DNA of 64,000 nucleotides, from the NCBI GenBank assembly GCA_051362555.1, contig CM120640.1:48400788-48464787 (forward strand), written 5' to 3'. This document shows positions 13,901 to 28,900 of this stretch, piece after piece (position 1 is the first letter of the stretch; each line of letters opens with the position of its first letter). The notes beneath the pieces were generated by a model that saw only the letters and a program-made list of their open reading frames with translations, ran no database searches and was not told where the DNA came from. The stretch comes from Lingula anatina (lineage: Eukaryota > Animalia > Brachiopoda). A program made the translations under genes and the position numbers.

Positions 13901-16900
13901 ATTAGTGTCTTTGTGTCTGTTTTATGGAACAAGTGATCCATTTTCATTGGTACACTTTCTCTTTTAAAACTAGAGTAACTGCACATTAAACTTCCATTTC
14001 TCTTTCTTCGGAATTGCCAATCAAATTGCCATTTTTCACTTTTCACTGCCATGCTCTCCATTTTTGTCTCCGACTTGTTCCAGTTGCCAACAGCAACATA
14101 TCTGCATATTAAAAGAAATTAACAGACTGTTGTCTTGAAGGAGAAACAGAAATCAATAAATGGTATTCTTGTAAGTGGGTCTGATAGTATGTAAAGCACC
14201 TTACACACTTACATAGGAAAGTTGTCAGGGAGGTCAAGTAATTTTTAAGGAATAAAAACTACCAAAAAATCTTCAAAAAGCAACTTTAAATTAAACTGGT
14301 AAGAGGTAATAAATTTTGCTTACAAAAACACCCCAGAAACAGTTCATTACAATTAAATATTGCAACAAGGGAATCTCAATCTCAAATATTACACACAGAT
14401 ATAACAAATGATCAATCAATGCTGCCTTTCAAAACATGAAAAAATCCTCCAAGACAAATTGTGAATCATTCATAAAAGTACATTAATTTCATAAATGGAT
14501 ATGCTACTTCATACAGCAAAGATTTTTTCACATAAATTCAACTCTTCCATAAAGTACTACTAAAGAGAAATAGCCTGATGCAAAAAGACTGCACAGATCT
14601 CATTGATGTCTGTGACTTTACCCCAGGATGCATGACTTGTGTACCTTAATTAGAGCCCTGTAATTGTCCAAATGGCAACAATCAAAAGGAGAAAGCACTC
14701 TTTGCTTGCAGGCCAAGAAAAAAAGACTTAAAGTAATATAACAGTGTCTTCATGTCTAGTGACATTGCATTAATGGCTTAGACTGACATATCAGCTTGAT
14801 AAAAGATAAGGATGGAAAATTCTTATTTTTTTCTCAAAACACCTACACACTTGACTAAAAACTTATGTACCCTCTTACTGCAATATTTACTTGTTCCAGA
14901 ACTGCTTTTCTGTAAAAATGACAAATTCTACATTCCAATTTTGAAAAATTTCCAGACAGCCTATAATGATGTGGGTTGATTTCCCTATGATTAAGTACCA
15001 CCCAGAGGAGACCTTGAACACACAACCATCTGAGAACTTCAAAACAATCTTTCAACTGATATCAAAACACAAATTAGGAATCACAAGGAATCTCCCACAG
15101 GACTGTTATCTCTCATCCTTCCTCACGAAAATACGCCCTCAATCAAATATTTGTATTTGAGCATCCTGCACGTCTTTAGATCACTTCCCTTTTGTGCAAT
15201 CTATATCTGTGGAACTAGCGTAAAGGTGCATCCACCATGAATATTGATGCAGAGATATGGCAAGACTTCATACAATTGATAAAACCTGTGTATTTACTCT
15301 TAAAATTCAAAGTACACCTTAGAGAATATTTACATTTGTGAAAAAATCAGTGAAAGGAATATCAGGAGATACTGGAGCACATGTATGTTGCATGATTAAA
15401 ATAGTGAAAATTAAATTGTTGGCTGTCTGCCAAAGGATTCATTTACCTGGCTTGGGAGAGGCAACTATCCCCCCCTAAAGATTTTAACTTTGATCACTGA
15501 ACAGAAGGTGTAAAATTGGACACCTTCAAGCTCAGCAAAACAGAAAACAAGAATTTAACCAGAAACACTTATGTGGGTCTCTTGACAGGTCCAAAACAAG
15601 AGTTTTTTTAGAAAGTTATGCAAAATTTGTTAGGGTACAATGTAGTAATTTTCTTGTTTAATGGTTGATAAAAATGAACCAAAAATACCAGCCAATGCCT
15701 GTTGTGAGAACAAGACAAAGCCATGAGCAACAACAATCCATTCTCATCAGAAGTCGATAGGTGATCAAGCAGTGTTGTCAAATTTCCGGTCTATCCTTTT
15801 TTTCTCAACTTAATTAACAGTCAAAGTCAACACTTTTCCTTTCTACAAAGCATTGAAAATGGTGACTGATAGAATTGGGCATCAAATTTTACCCCCAGGG
15901 ACGTCCTTATATTGCCATTCACTTCTCCCCATTTGTTCAATGAGGCTTAGAATTTTCTTTGGTGAACAATACCACAACCAAATGGCAATATGAAATAATT
16001 TGATGAGCTTCTTTAAGTAGCTTAGCTTATCACAAACCATGGGGAGAAAATTAGTATGCTAGACAGCAGACAAAAAAATTAAGATCATAATGATGCATAC
16101 TTTGAGGATTACACCAAACAACCACTACACTAAGGTGTAATTTAAAGAGGGCAGGTGAGGACAAAACTACAGATGACCAGATTAGGACTAAAATGTTTGT
16201 CTCGTTTTATAACCTATATGTATATGTTATGTATATGTTATTGTACATCATATACTAAAATAATCCAACTGGAAAAAAACACCAACTGCAATAATGAGGT
16301 GTACATTGCTTATGTTCCATTGTATTGTGATTACTTATGCCTCACCTCTCATGATTCAAAAAGATGCCTAAAAAAACTAGTAAATAAGTCAAAAGACAAC
16401 TCTATTAAACATGTCATGCAGTGACAACATACACATTCTTAGATTTGTTCTCCCTTCAAAACATCCATAGGCTATGTGGTGACTCTATGTGGACTATGAA
16501 TTAAGTTACAATCTGTCAACAGAAGACACAAGAGACATTTTGTCCTTAAAAATGACAAATCGACTTTAACTGTCTCAAAATCTGTCTAAAAACTGGGGGC
16601 AAATATTAAACCAGCCGCTGTACACTTTGTAGTCTATTGTAATAAACTGGGGACAAAAAATTTGGAAAATACTTTTAAACAGTACCCCCCCCCCCCCAAA
16701 AAAAAAAAGGAGGGGTAGGAAAGGAAAGGAAAAGAAAAAGAATGAAAGACAAAATGTCAAGGGAATTTGAATGACTTTACAAATATTCTGTATGCAACTA
16801 TTCCAGATAGAAAAAAACTTTTCCTGCAGGTTATTTGCAAAAGACAACCAACAATCACAAAAGATCAGAATTTAATTTGTTATCTCAACTGATGCTTCAT

Positions 16901-19900
16901 ATGGTAGACTGAAAGCAATCATTCATTACTTGAAGCTGCTTTCAACAAGGGAAATAGCAAGAAATATGATAGTCAACCTTGTCACAATAAAAGTATTGCA
17001 AGGGAAAATTCTCTTCATGTAATAGAATCTTAGGGCTCATTCTGTCAGGGGCTGTGGATGATCTTTTGATCTACCCCCACTAAACATGCACCAAAGGAGT
17101 AACACTTTCAATCCTTTTTCAATGAATATCATTCAGGTTGTGAGGTGTACAGGGAAATCAAAAATTTATTCATCCAGAAAGAGCTGATCTTCTGCATAGT
17201 GCATCCACAATAAAAAGGTATAGGCAGAATTCAATTTTATGATACTGACAACTAGGTCTCAAAATTCAAAATGGTTTTCATTCAAATGTCAATTTTGTAT
17301 GACTGATGTAACTATTGCATGCTAAGGCTGAAACTGTTAAAATAGACCTGCATTTGCAAAAAGCAGGCGCAATGTACCTAGGAACAACGGCAAAATTTGA
17401 ATGGGTTGTGTCTAAACTTAAAAACAAAAATATTTCATTTACCTTGTATTTACCTAGGAACATAAGCAATTGGCAAGTAAAGACAGCTTGAAGAAGTAAA
17501 TGTGTTCTGTATTTGTATACAGGGGGGTATATAAACTCCTAAATAATGGACTCTCGTATACGTACTTCAATAACAAAAACATCGGGCAACATGACTATAT
17601 CCTCTTCAAAAAAAAATGAATGAAAGACTGAATGGGCCTTTCTTTTCACTTAAACCCCTTTCATTGTGAATTGGTATTCCTTTTCACAACTTGACACCCT
17701 GTCTTCTATTGGTTGGGACCAAAAAATCATAAAACAATAAATGGAAAACCCTTTTGAACCCATCACCTTTTACCTGATCTGATATATCAAATTTTTGCAA
17801 ACAAAAATACAATAGTCATCTGTGTCCATTTCCTAGTTTTGCTCCACAAATTGAAAATAAGTTATACTTTACCTCCAAAAGTAACTGTACTTTTGAGTAA
17901 AACTTTAATTTTCTTTAAATTATTCAATTTTTGTAGGACCCCTTAACTTGTGAAATATTGTGAACAATGTCAGAGAAGGGTTAAAAATACTGTGTGCAAG
18001 ATTTTCTTTAAAAGATAGACCTTTCCGTGTTGTTTGTACATATCTAAGAGCCCTAGTCACTGAATTTTAAATCCTTTACCACCACAGCAACAGCAAACTC
18101 AGAATTTTCATGACAATTCTTTTTATCGACAAGAAGGGCCCTCAGGACCTCGCACTTGTCCTAGCTACCACTGTGAAAAGTCAGAAGATCAAAGGAAAGT
18201 ATACAAATAGCACCTGTGCTTTTATCACACTGTTGCCATTATAACAAAATACTTCACCTATGCTAATCTTTACATTCAGTTACAGTTAGGTGATCAGTGT
18301 GACAAAATAAGAAACACTACGAAGGACGTGTGTTTGCAACCATTATGTACCCAATCTCAAACCCAATCTTTTCAATCTGTTAAATAATTCTATAAGCTCA
18401 CTTCAATAGATGTAACTCATCCTTGGCCCATCTACAAAGTTCATTTTCCAAACAAAATGTTCATTACTGAACATGTAAGTGAGACCAAAATCCCTCATGA
18501 ATCATTCAAAAGATAGTAAATACTGTTCAAATGAAAATCAAAATTGAATTGAGTAGGACTTTAATATACTCTTTTCATTTCCTCTGAAAGCTTCCTTTAA
18601 ATGAATTTTTTTAGCCCAAACCTCCCTTTTCAACCGTCTCCATTTATAGTCACTACTTTTTAGGCTGCTTTATATTGGAAAACTGCCTAGACAGTATCAC
18701 AAAACTGTACCATAGATACATCCTACTGAAAAATGTATTCTTGTTGTCTGATAATTTGTTATAGGATAATCCCTAGTTTTAAATAACCTTATTATGAACA
18801 TGGCTTTCACACCACAGCCTTTCTATTATAAAACAAAACAATTTGATGGAGCATCGATGCCCTAACCATTAATGCTGTATCAATTTCATCTTTATTTAAA
18901 TTTGTACTTGATATCGTCACTAATATTTAACTGGGAAGAGGCATTGGTGAAATTATCATCACTTCTCTAGAAAAAAACTACTAAGTAAGTGCATAATCTT
19001 CTGCAAATAATTAGCAGATACATGTACGATGAATCCTGCAGATATGTTGTCATTGTTTCAACCCAGCAAGATATACCCCACTGTCTAAACAAGAAGGTGT
19101 GTACAAATAGCTATAGTTTACTGAAGAAACACCAGTTGGCAGTCATAGAAAAAATACATCATGCTAAGTATGGGATAGCTGATAGGTATATAACTTGAAT
19201 TTAATTGATTTCTGAGTGACCACCAACAGGAACCAGGTGGGGCACGTTTTTCTTCCATGCTTCTTTACCAAGTATTATATCCATCAAAAACAACAATGTT
19301 GCATCATGGAGGAGTGATGCCTGCTTGAAACTATTTTCTAGAATATTTCTTTGCTCCTGAAACTATTATTGTCAGTTAATAGTTGTTTGGGCCACACAAA
19401 ATGACCAGGATGCCTCAGTGTGTTGTTCTAAAAACAATACAGGTGCCAGAGTCTCAACAACTAAGACAAAATACTGTAGGCTTTTTGACCCATTTTTTCC
19501 TTATTTTGATATTCTACAACATACTGCAAGGATAAAAATCATTATTTACAGATAAAACATGCACTGCCTTTATGTAAAAAGAGCCAATTTTCTTAAAACA
19601 CTTCATCTATCAAATCTTACAGTGGCACTATTTAGAGGGTAGGGAACACCTTTTGCATTATGCAGGAATGGCCTTATTTTTCAAGCGTGATGCATTATTG
19701 GAGCCCAATATTCTGCGTGAAACGTGATTCAGGAATTTCTTTGTTCCACGTTATTGGTATAAATTCATCAACGTGATTCGCGATTTACCCTTCCAAATCT
19801 ACGTGATTCGTGAAAACGTTTAATTAACGTTACAGGAATTTTTGTTCGAGAATGTCCCCGAACTTTGCATCATGATTGTAAGGTGATCACTCACTGAATA

Positions 19901-22900
19901 TAAATTCAACAAACTCTTTGAACAAAGAAGGTAAAGCAGTGGAAATGTGAGTAGTTCGCTAGTTTCCGGTTCAAGTCGTATATCGTCACCTTAGTCTCGA
20001 ACGCGGGAATCCTGACCAATGAGAATGGCTGAATATCTCTAAGTAGAAGATTCCTGTTATTCAACACACAAAATAAATCATTCTGGTAATGTTATAAATT
20101 CTTTGCATTCCTGCAAGTACGGCAAATTTCTATCTTGATGAATGGTGATAGCTTTCAATTCCTCGTGATTGGTGATTGACCTGAATATATCTTCGTGATT
20201 GGTTATTGACCTGTTTTAATTCTTCGTGATTGGTAATTAAGGGGGATGGGGTATTCTCTACCCTCTATTTAGTATGCAATCATGACGCTCAGCTGCTCAG
20301 ATGTCACCCGGATGAATCAATTTGACACACATCTTCTGAAACATTTGGAGACTTTGTCCACCACTGCCACTTTACGGGTCACTGAAAATCCATGAAGCAC
20401 AATACATACGCGCACACACACATACACACCCACACACACTTGCCTTCTTACATTAAAAATGCATCAACAAAATTTAATTCATAGACTTGTACATTAACAT
20501 TGCCACCTAAAACAACAAATGGTATGTGCTATCTTTTTAAAAAGACAAAAGTGATGACTTAAATCAGGTTTGACTAGGTATATGTAAAGTAAATAAAGTG
20601 TTGGACCTCATTCCCATAGACACACCATCGGTCTAGGTACATTGACCCAACTCTGCAGGAGCTCTCGCTTAGTGCAATCAGCTTAACTGAATAAGATGCC
20701 TCAATCCTCTTCCCTATGTACTATAATCACTAGCATTTCTGCATTCTACTTAATGCCAGGAGGAGGCATGTTAAGGAGGCTGATTGCACTCAGCAAGAAT
20801 CCCCAAGGAGTTGGGTCAATCCACGTAAACCAATGTGTCTATGGTAATGGGGCCTTAGTGGTGTCTACTGCATGTCTTATTCTAAAATAGAAAATAAATT
20901 CTATACATGCAAAAAAAAAGCCTATGGCCTAAATTTTTGGTCCGCCCCTGTACTTAATGCTTTTTTACAAGAAGGCACAACACTGTGCATTAGAGAACAA
21001 AACTACATAACCATTTCCATTTACATCCAATACAACTGCAGGATGTGTAGCCATTTTAAAATGAATTATATCAAATTAGCTTAGTCAGTACATTAAGAAG
21101 TACATATTAAGAAGCAGTTACATCTTCTAATATTAAAACTGCTTTATGACAACACGGGATCTTTTTTTTATTTACTCATCTTTTCTTCAGCTACCTGACC
21201 TGTATGTAAAATAAGATGACTCATAACCTCACTTTACTGTGGATCACTAGGACCTCCTAAGTCATTTAAAACCTTCTGAAGCTTTTCAAGAACCTTTAGA
21301 AAATGACCCAGCTAAAGTTTATGGAGAGTCTTTCACCTTTGTGAATACAAAGACACTTTTTTTTCTTAAGGGTGTTAAGAACAAACTTAATGGTCAATAA
21401 AATGATCTAAATGTACATAAAACGTTAATGTCATGATTGAATGTAGTATAACACATAATTATCTCATACTTAAAGCAATCATAAAGGAAAAAAACTTTTT
21501 CAGGAGAAAGATCTTGCTTTTGTGGTTCTTTTGTCAATTTCTGCATCTTGAACTTAGTTTGGTACCATAAAAATGCAGTGAGCCCAATAAACTTGTCTAT
21601 TAAACATCTTCAGTCAATCAAACAGAGATCTTAAATGATGTTACATGTATCACATAGTAGGTTTGCAGTGGTGAGATTAGAAGTGTGAGCCATGCCATTT
21701 TAAAGCATTTACTGGCATTCAGAGCTTAAAGTGAATTCAGTCAGGCAAAAGAAGTGGGCAATCAACATCTTGCCATCAATCCTCTAGCTCAATACATTTC
21801 TCGGTATTTGTGGGAATTGCCAACTTCTTCATTTCACTTCAGGAAAAGCCTAAGGAACCTACAAACACAAAGCAAATCAATAATTTGGATTACTTTACAT
21901 TACAATAATTGGTATTAACTACAAAAATATGTGTTCTACAGCTGTTTGAACAAGCAGCAGTGGAAAGTCACAGAATGTCAGCACATTTGATCCTTGCAAA
22001 TGAGCAGTCAATGTTTCTGCAGGATGATCATTTCCACCAAGGGGAGATAATCTGAACTCTGGTTACACTTGCAGATAGCACTGCCCCCTATTGGCAGACT
22101 TCTGCCACCTGATAACACTATATTCAAGTGAAGAACAGCATTCAGCAACATTTGTACACCACTTTTATTCTTTTGTTTCACACTCTTTACTGACATATTT
22201 GTCGGCTGAAATAGTTAACAATTTTTTTAAAAAGAAATATAATTAAATCCATACTTACACGGTACATGTAACATCATTATAATAAAATCAAAACCAATTT
22301 CTACAGGTCGGTTGTCAACTACAGTCTAGTGGAATTTGAGAAATAAACTGATTGCCCCAAAAAGATCGAAAAGTCTGAAAGCTAAAATGTGTTGACTGCC
22401 ATCATTTTTCTTTTTGATTCAGTTACATTTACCTCAAAGTCAGATATATAAGCCAAATGTATTGAAAAAAACTTGGAAAGCCAATGTGTGTTAATTGTCT
22501 GACATCATTTATTTTTCTTTTTTTGCCATAGTTCTGGGAATCTAAGAGAAACATCAGCCTCCTGGGAATCATTTTCTGCCTCACACCACAACAACACAGT
22601 ATACACCATCAAGTCTTCATCAATCAAAATTCTAACTTTGGTCTCTTAATTAAGCAGACTTGCAACTCTCAGAACGCCTATTTCAGACTATGAATATTAT
22701 CATGCCCACAGCAATTTCCCTCCCAATTTTATGGTTCTTAAGATCTAAACTATCCCCTTGACTAAAATAGTCTAATTGGGATAGTAGGCAAAAGCACTGG
22801 CATCCGATGATCTTAAACTGAGAAATCTCTGCTTTTACATCATCCAACAAGTATTATATGAAAACACAAACTTTACCTTTTTTCTACACAACTAATTTCC

Positions 22901-25900
22901 CAAGAGAGAAACTGGTTTTTCAATGGAACAAAGAAAAAAACACTTTCAACAGGTATATGTTGTAAAAAAAAAAAAAACACACACACACACACAAGGGTCA
23001 GAGAGAATCTAATTTGTTGAAAGTTATTTATATTTCTACATTAGCCTTTACACAAGTTTGAAAACTCATTTTCAATTATAAATACAACAGGAAACTTGGT
23101 TATCCATCATAATCACCTTAAAGCTATTCTTTCAGTATCAGGATAATATAAATATAAGTCAAATATGAATTGTTTTAGTAAGCAGAAATGCAGCAAATCA
23201 CAATCACAATCTAGCAAATCACAACCACAAACTGAAAGGATAAACTTAATTTCAGACTATAACCCCCTTAATTTAAAAACTCAATACAACATTTTCTTCA
23301 GCTAAACAGTTATAATAATACAATGTACAGCAAGGTGACATTTTCTTCAACCAAATGGGCCTGGCCAACCCCAACCACATCTAAACTTTTCTCACTTGTG
23401 CCTAACCAATCAAAATAATCAAGAGGTAGACAAGACAGGACTTGACAATCAAAAATGACAAATCAAACAAACAAAAAAATTCCTTGTTGACCATTTCACC
23501 ATCTTTCAAACACTGAGAAAGTAAAATATTATATCACCTTTCATCCCCCCTTTACCATGTGATTATTGATCCTTCCACATGGTTCTAACATCATATAACA
23601 AAGGCTGACTGAATATCAACTTACTTTTCCCTATCTGTTTAACCATATCTTTAGTGGCCTTCAAAAACATCACTTTCCAACTTCCATACAAATAACACCA
23701 TTACAATGTTATATTACATTCCCCAGCCCTTTTATTAAATGCTGCAGTAGCAATGATAAAGCATACCATATATTACATGAGACAAGATAAACCAGATTAG
23801 TCTCCAGTTTCCTAAGGGTGTAATTACAAAGATATTCAGTTTAAAACAATTTCCATCACCATTTCATTTGGTTTGGATTGATTATAGTTTAACCTAATGA
23901 GAGACTGAATACATCAGATATCATTAAATTATCAATAATAAGGATGATCTGTGGTTGAATTCTATTAATCCAGTAAGAGTTGAGCAGGTGGTCAATGGGC
24001 CTCTTATGATCTATATACTTCTGCTGTACCATGAATCCAGACCTCATTTATGGTTGAAATAAATATCATAATGCATAGAATATCACTTTAAGAGGGCATT
24101 ATTGTCTTCTTATTATTTTTCATTTAATATAATACAGTTTTATACGACATTTCTTTTATGATAAATTAAGTATGAGGTAAAACATCAATAAGACGTACAT
24201 AAGATGCAAACAAAATATTCAATTCTGATGAAAATTAGACTTAGAGGGTCAACAAAAGTAAATGTACCCAACAAAAATATTTTTTTTGCAATAAGTTTTG
24301 ATATGATAGGTTTCTGCTTCCATATGCATGTTACCATGCAATAAAGTGCTGATATATATAATACTAAAATATACATATGCATCAATGATATATAGTGCAC
24401 AACTTCTTTAAAAAATTGTACACCCTACTTTCAAGCTGGTCACTAAAATTAATCTGTGACATGCATGTTCATTATCAAAATGCGTGAGTTTACTTCATAA
24501 TGCAGAAAAGTGGTCAATAAGCTATACTTCTTGATATCAATGTCTAATGTCTATCTTTTCTTCAGGTAATATGGAAAAAGGAAGGCATATTACAGCCACT
24601 CACTGTGGGCACCTTCGTGTTCACTGATGATGAGCGTTTGTCCACAGCCTGTGAACTCAAGGGCCAGGACACCACATGTTCCCTCAAGATTAACAGGGTA
24701 TCTGTGGATGATGCCGGCATCTACTTCTGTGAAGTTTCAACAAATTTGGACGTTCATCTGAAATATCAAATACAACTTAATGTAAAAGGTATGAAAGTTG
24801 CTGTAAATATAAAGCAACAACTGGAAAAGGAATGATTTACACTGAGAAAAATCCTTTTGAGCTCAACCTTTATTTGTTTTCCATTATATTAAGATTTCTA
24901 ACACATTGATCCATTAGTAGTAAATATTCATGTAAAGAGGGTCAATCTTTTCCTGATAATTTCCCCAAATTCAATGACAGGTATAACACTCACAAGCATT
25001 TGCATTAAACATCAGGTATATATTTGTTATGTTGACTAAAGTAATCTCACCATGTATATCCTATATTTATTAGTTAACCATTATAGGTACTATTTTTATG
25101 TTAAGGTTTGTTCCTGTGACTGCCTTTTATTAAGTTTCAACTTTATGACATGCGCAGCATGCATGCTATAACTTCCAAATCCATTCAGTTTGACTCCATT
25201 CTTGATTGCATTTTTGCTAGGTTTTACTAAATATGGGCAAAACTAACAAGTGGCCAGTTTTGTCACATTGCTCATTTTGCTTTTTTTAAATTGTTAACCC
25301 ATTAAAGAGTTTGATTAACAGGAGCAGATGCTGGCCAATTAATTGCTTGCCGACTTTTTTCTCTGTAACATATATTCCTTTGTGATTGATATATGCCTTA
25401 TGAATCAGTTGTGTATGAATATAAAACCTTTTGTATTCTTACTTTGCTGAATTTGTTTGCATAATATGCAGTAGTTTGTATGAGTATTTTTCATCATAAT
25501 ATAAGTGCATTTTATTGGTTACTAGATATGACATATAACATGCATGAATTATGCCAAATTCATAATATTTGAATATCAAGGCTTTGAAATGTAATAAGCT
25601 TCAAGTTCTTGTTGCAATGTTGTCTTGTTTTCATGTGCAGTAATGAACTTAAATTAGGCTAGGATAGGCCTGACATGTCACTTTTATCTCTAACTATCGC
25701 ATGAGATGTTGTTGCATAATTAAGCTAATTACTAACAAACAGTCATGTTACTCTCTAGCTGTTCTCCTAGATACGCAATCTCTCAATATTTTCTAACAAC
25801 AAGGATACACTGCTCTTGCAGACATCATCTGGGCTCCTGTGTCATTTATAATTAGCAGATACAATGCAATTTGAACAATAAAACTATAACGGGGATGCTA

Positions 25901-28900
25901 CATAACTGTAAGTGTAACAATCCCAAAAACATTTTTTGCAAACACAGGGTTCATGGGTAAATATTGCATTACTCCAAGGTAAACTCCATCATAACAGGGT
26001 TGAGCTCAGATGAAGTCAGCTGGATCTCTTAAGGTGAATCCTTCTTCATAAGGACATCAGAACTTGTTCACTCTCATAACTGCTTTTTGCACCATTGTTG
26101 TTCCCAGGACATTACGACCCAGAAGAACCTCCAGGTAGACTGGTTTTCCTATTGTCAGATTTCTCAAATTCTTTTTTTATTGTCATGTTGTTGTTGTGCA
26201 AGCAAACCTTTGTGTTTAACACAAGGTTACAGAACCAACAAAGTCATATTTTAAGCACTTTGGCACATTTGTGCACAGTTTTAGTACTATCATGCAATGC
26301 ATCACATTTTCTGGCCTTCACTTGTCAAGCATCTAGATTTGTTCAATTTAAACTAAATTCTATATTAATGCATAATCCATGCCTTCTGACACAGCTTTTG
26401 CCCTGAAATGTCTTTGCCATAAAAACAGCATGTGTCTATGCTTGTTTCGCTACCTACCTCCTGGCAATTTGAGAAAGACATACAAATGCTTTGCAATCTG
26501 TATCTTCATGCTTAACTTAATTACTACATGGGCAAAAAAAAAAAAACAAAAGCCAACAAAACAAAGTGCCTCCAAAAGTGGAGAGAGATGTGCCGTTTTA
26601 GGTAACCCTGTCATATGTCAGTCAAACAAAATGTTTCTCCCCCCCCCATTTTATGATTTGATAACACAAAAAGTAAATAAAAAAACTACTGCCATACCAA
26701 ATTATAGGCCTCTATATAAATTATAATTGCTGCATACAGCAAGTTGACCTGTTTATTGACATTTAAAAATCTCAGAAAGGCATTTTGGGACAAACAATGT
26801 CACAGTGGCACAAGCAGATTATTGTGGCTGTGATCCTGTGACCAGTTAAGGGATTCCACACATAAATCAAGTACTGATCAATTCAGTATTTCTAGCTAGA
26901 ACTAAAAATCAGGCAAAAACTTTGCCTTTTAAAAGCCTCTTTGTTCCTCATTTTAGAACTGCATAAAGGCAAAATTATATTCTGCTTAAAGAGTGGCTGA
27001 TGCTACATATTAGATGTTCCCTTTACTTGATTCTCTTACTCTTTTAGATGTGGTCTTTGCATTGGAACAAACCACATGTTAGATGTTGTTTTAATCACAA
27101 TAGTGGAAGTTTGTTTTTTTTTTATCATAAATCTGCATAGCGAAGTTTGTCCATTCCTTTCAGGAAAGATTGCATTGTCAGTTTAAGCCTTTGTGCTGAA
27201 TGACCTAATAAACATAAGTCCTTCAAATATATCCACAGCACAAGTATCTTAACTATTAGTTTGGGTATACATATAATATTTACTGAAGAAATTTCAGTTG
27301 ATTTAAGTTTTTTCTAATCATATTTGAAAACTGGCTTTTTAATAATTAACTAACCAATCTGACAATAGACATGGGTGGGTGAAAGTTTTTGTAGTGATAG
27401 TCTTTACATGTACACACTGCACCAGCAGAGGACATTACCACCACACCACCACTGTCATTACACTATAGTCAATAAATGTGGCAGAATGGAATCACAGTCC
27501 TGTACATGCACTACCCCCCCCTAACCACCATCACTGTGCTTACTGAGCACAGGTTAACAACAGTGGAGTCAGTCAAACTGAATATCTAGCTTTTGTTTTT
27601 CATGGAGACTATTATTTCATTGAGTGATCCTAAATTATAGTATCAATTTCTTATTTGCATGGAATTAAATGAACTCGAGTAGTAATTTTTAAGGCATGCA
27701 GCAGCACTAGTTTGAAACTATTTTAGTTCATTCTATGATAAGTTTTTGATCGTGTTACAGTCATAAGCTGGAATGCCAACTGTAACTGATTTTTATATCT
27801 CTTTGGAATGCCTAAATTTGACCCATTTTTGTTGGAATGGAATTAATCAGCTTTGATTGCCTAATCTATTTGAATTATAATTCATAGATAATCATCAAAT
27901 AGAATATTGTCACTTTATCATTGCAAAAACAAACCCTATAATTTGTTCCGCCATGTCTGCAACATTGCACAAGTACATAACATGGTGTTGACCCTTTGTA
28001 GATTTCCACTGTTGTTACTCTGTCCATCATTGCTGCGGTGCATGCAATACATGGATGTTTGTGTATTTTCTAATTTCAGAACGTCCATTGCTTCCTACAA
28101 AACCAGGTAAGAGAAGAGATTGTTGCCACCATCCTGACTGGCATTCATTTGTCAGTTTTTTTAAAGCACACTAACACTTCTATGACACTAGCAGTTGGTC
28201 ACCACAGATTATGTACTAGTATTGGGCAGGGAGGGTTAGGGAGAGAAAGTGAGGGGAAACTGCAAATTTATTATTAAGATGAAGGCAAAATAATGCAATG
28301 CAAATCACACTGGTATACTAAGCCCACCAAAATGGATGCTTTGCCTTGATACTGCATGCAAGGTAAAAAAAGGGTCTAGTCACTTAATGGCATTGCTTCT
28401 TGGATAAATCTCTAAAAAAGCTGTAAGACAGCGCACTAGCTGGTGTTGAATTAATTCTGATGCTTTTAAGGTTTGTGATCAATTGAACACAAATCTTTAT
28501 AAAGAGCAATTTTCTACAAGCTTTCCACAAATTTTCAAACAGGCAACTAAGGGCTTGGACCATGGAAATTTTTTTTTTGTCATGGAAGTGTAGTGTGGAA
28601 GAAATGGGGATACAAACAATTGCCCCTATGCTATTCATCAATCCATACAACCAGACAATATATTCTAATCCAACAACACATTGGCAAAGGTTTGGCAAGG
28701 GTATAATCTATAACAGCCTTTTGGCTAAAAATCAAAACTTTCTGGAAAATGGGAATATTGCAACCACCAAACAATCATACCCTTTTCAATCCCAGTTGCA
28801 ACATAATACATTTTACGCGTCATCTCTTCTCTTGGGATTTTCCCCAGAAAAGAGAGGACTGATCAGCTTGAAATCACTTCACACATATAATAGCTTGGTG

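Noticed and set aside
24550-24575. Ig exon acceptor followed by GTAATA as a plus-strand recursive site
   Set aside because: The donor match is weak and is explained by the required Val-Ile-Trp codons.
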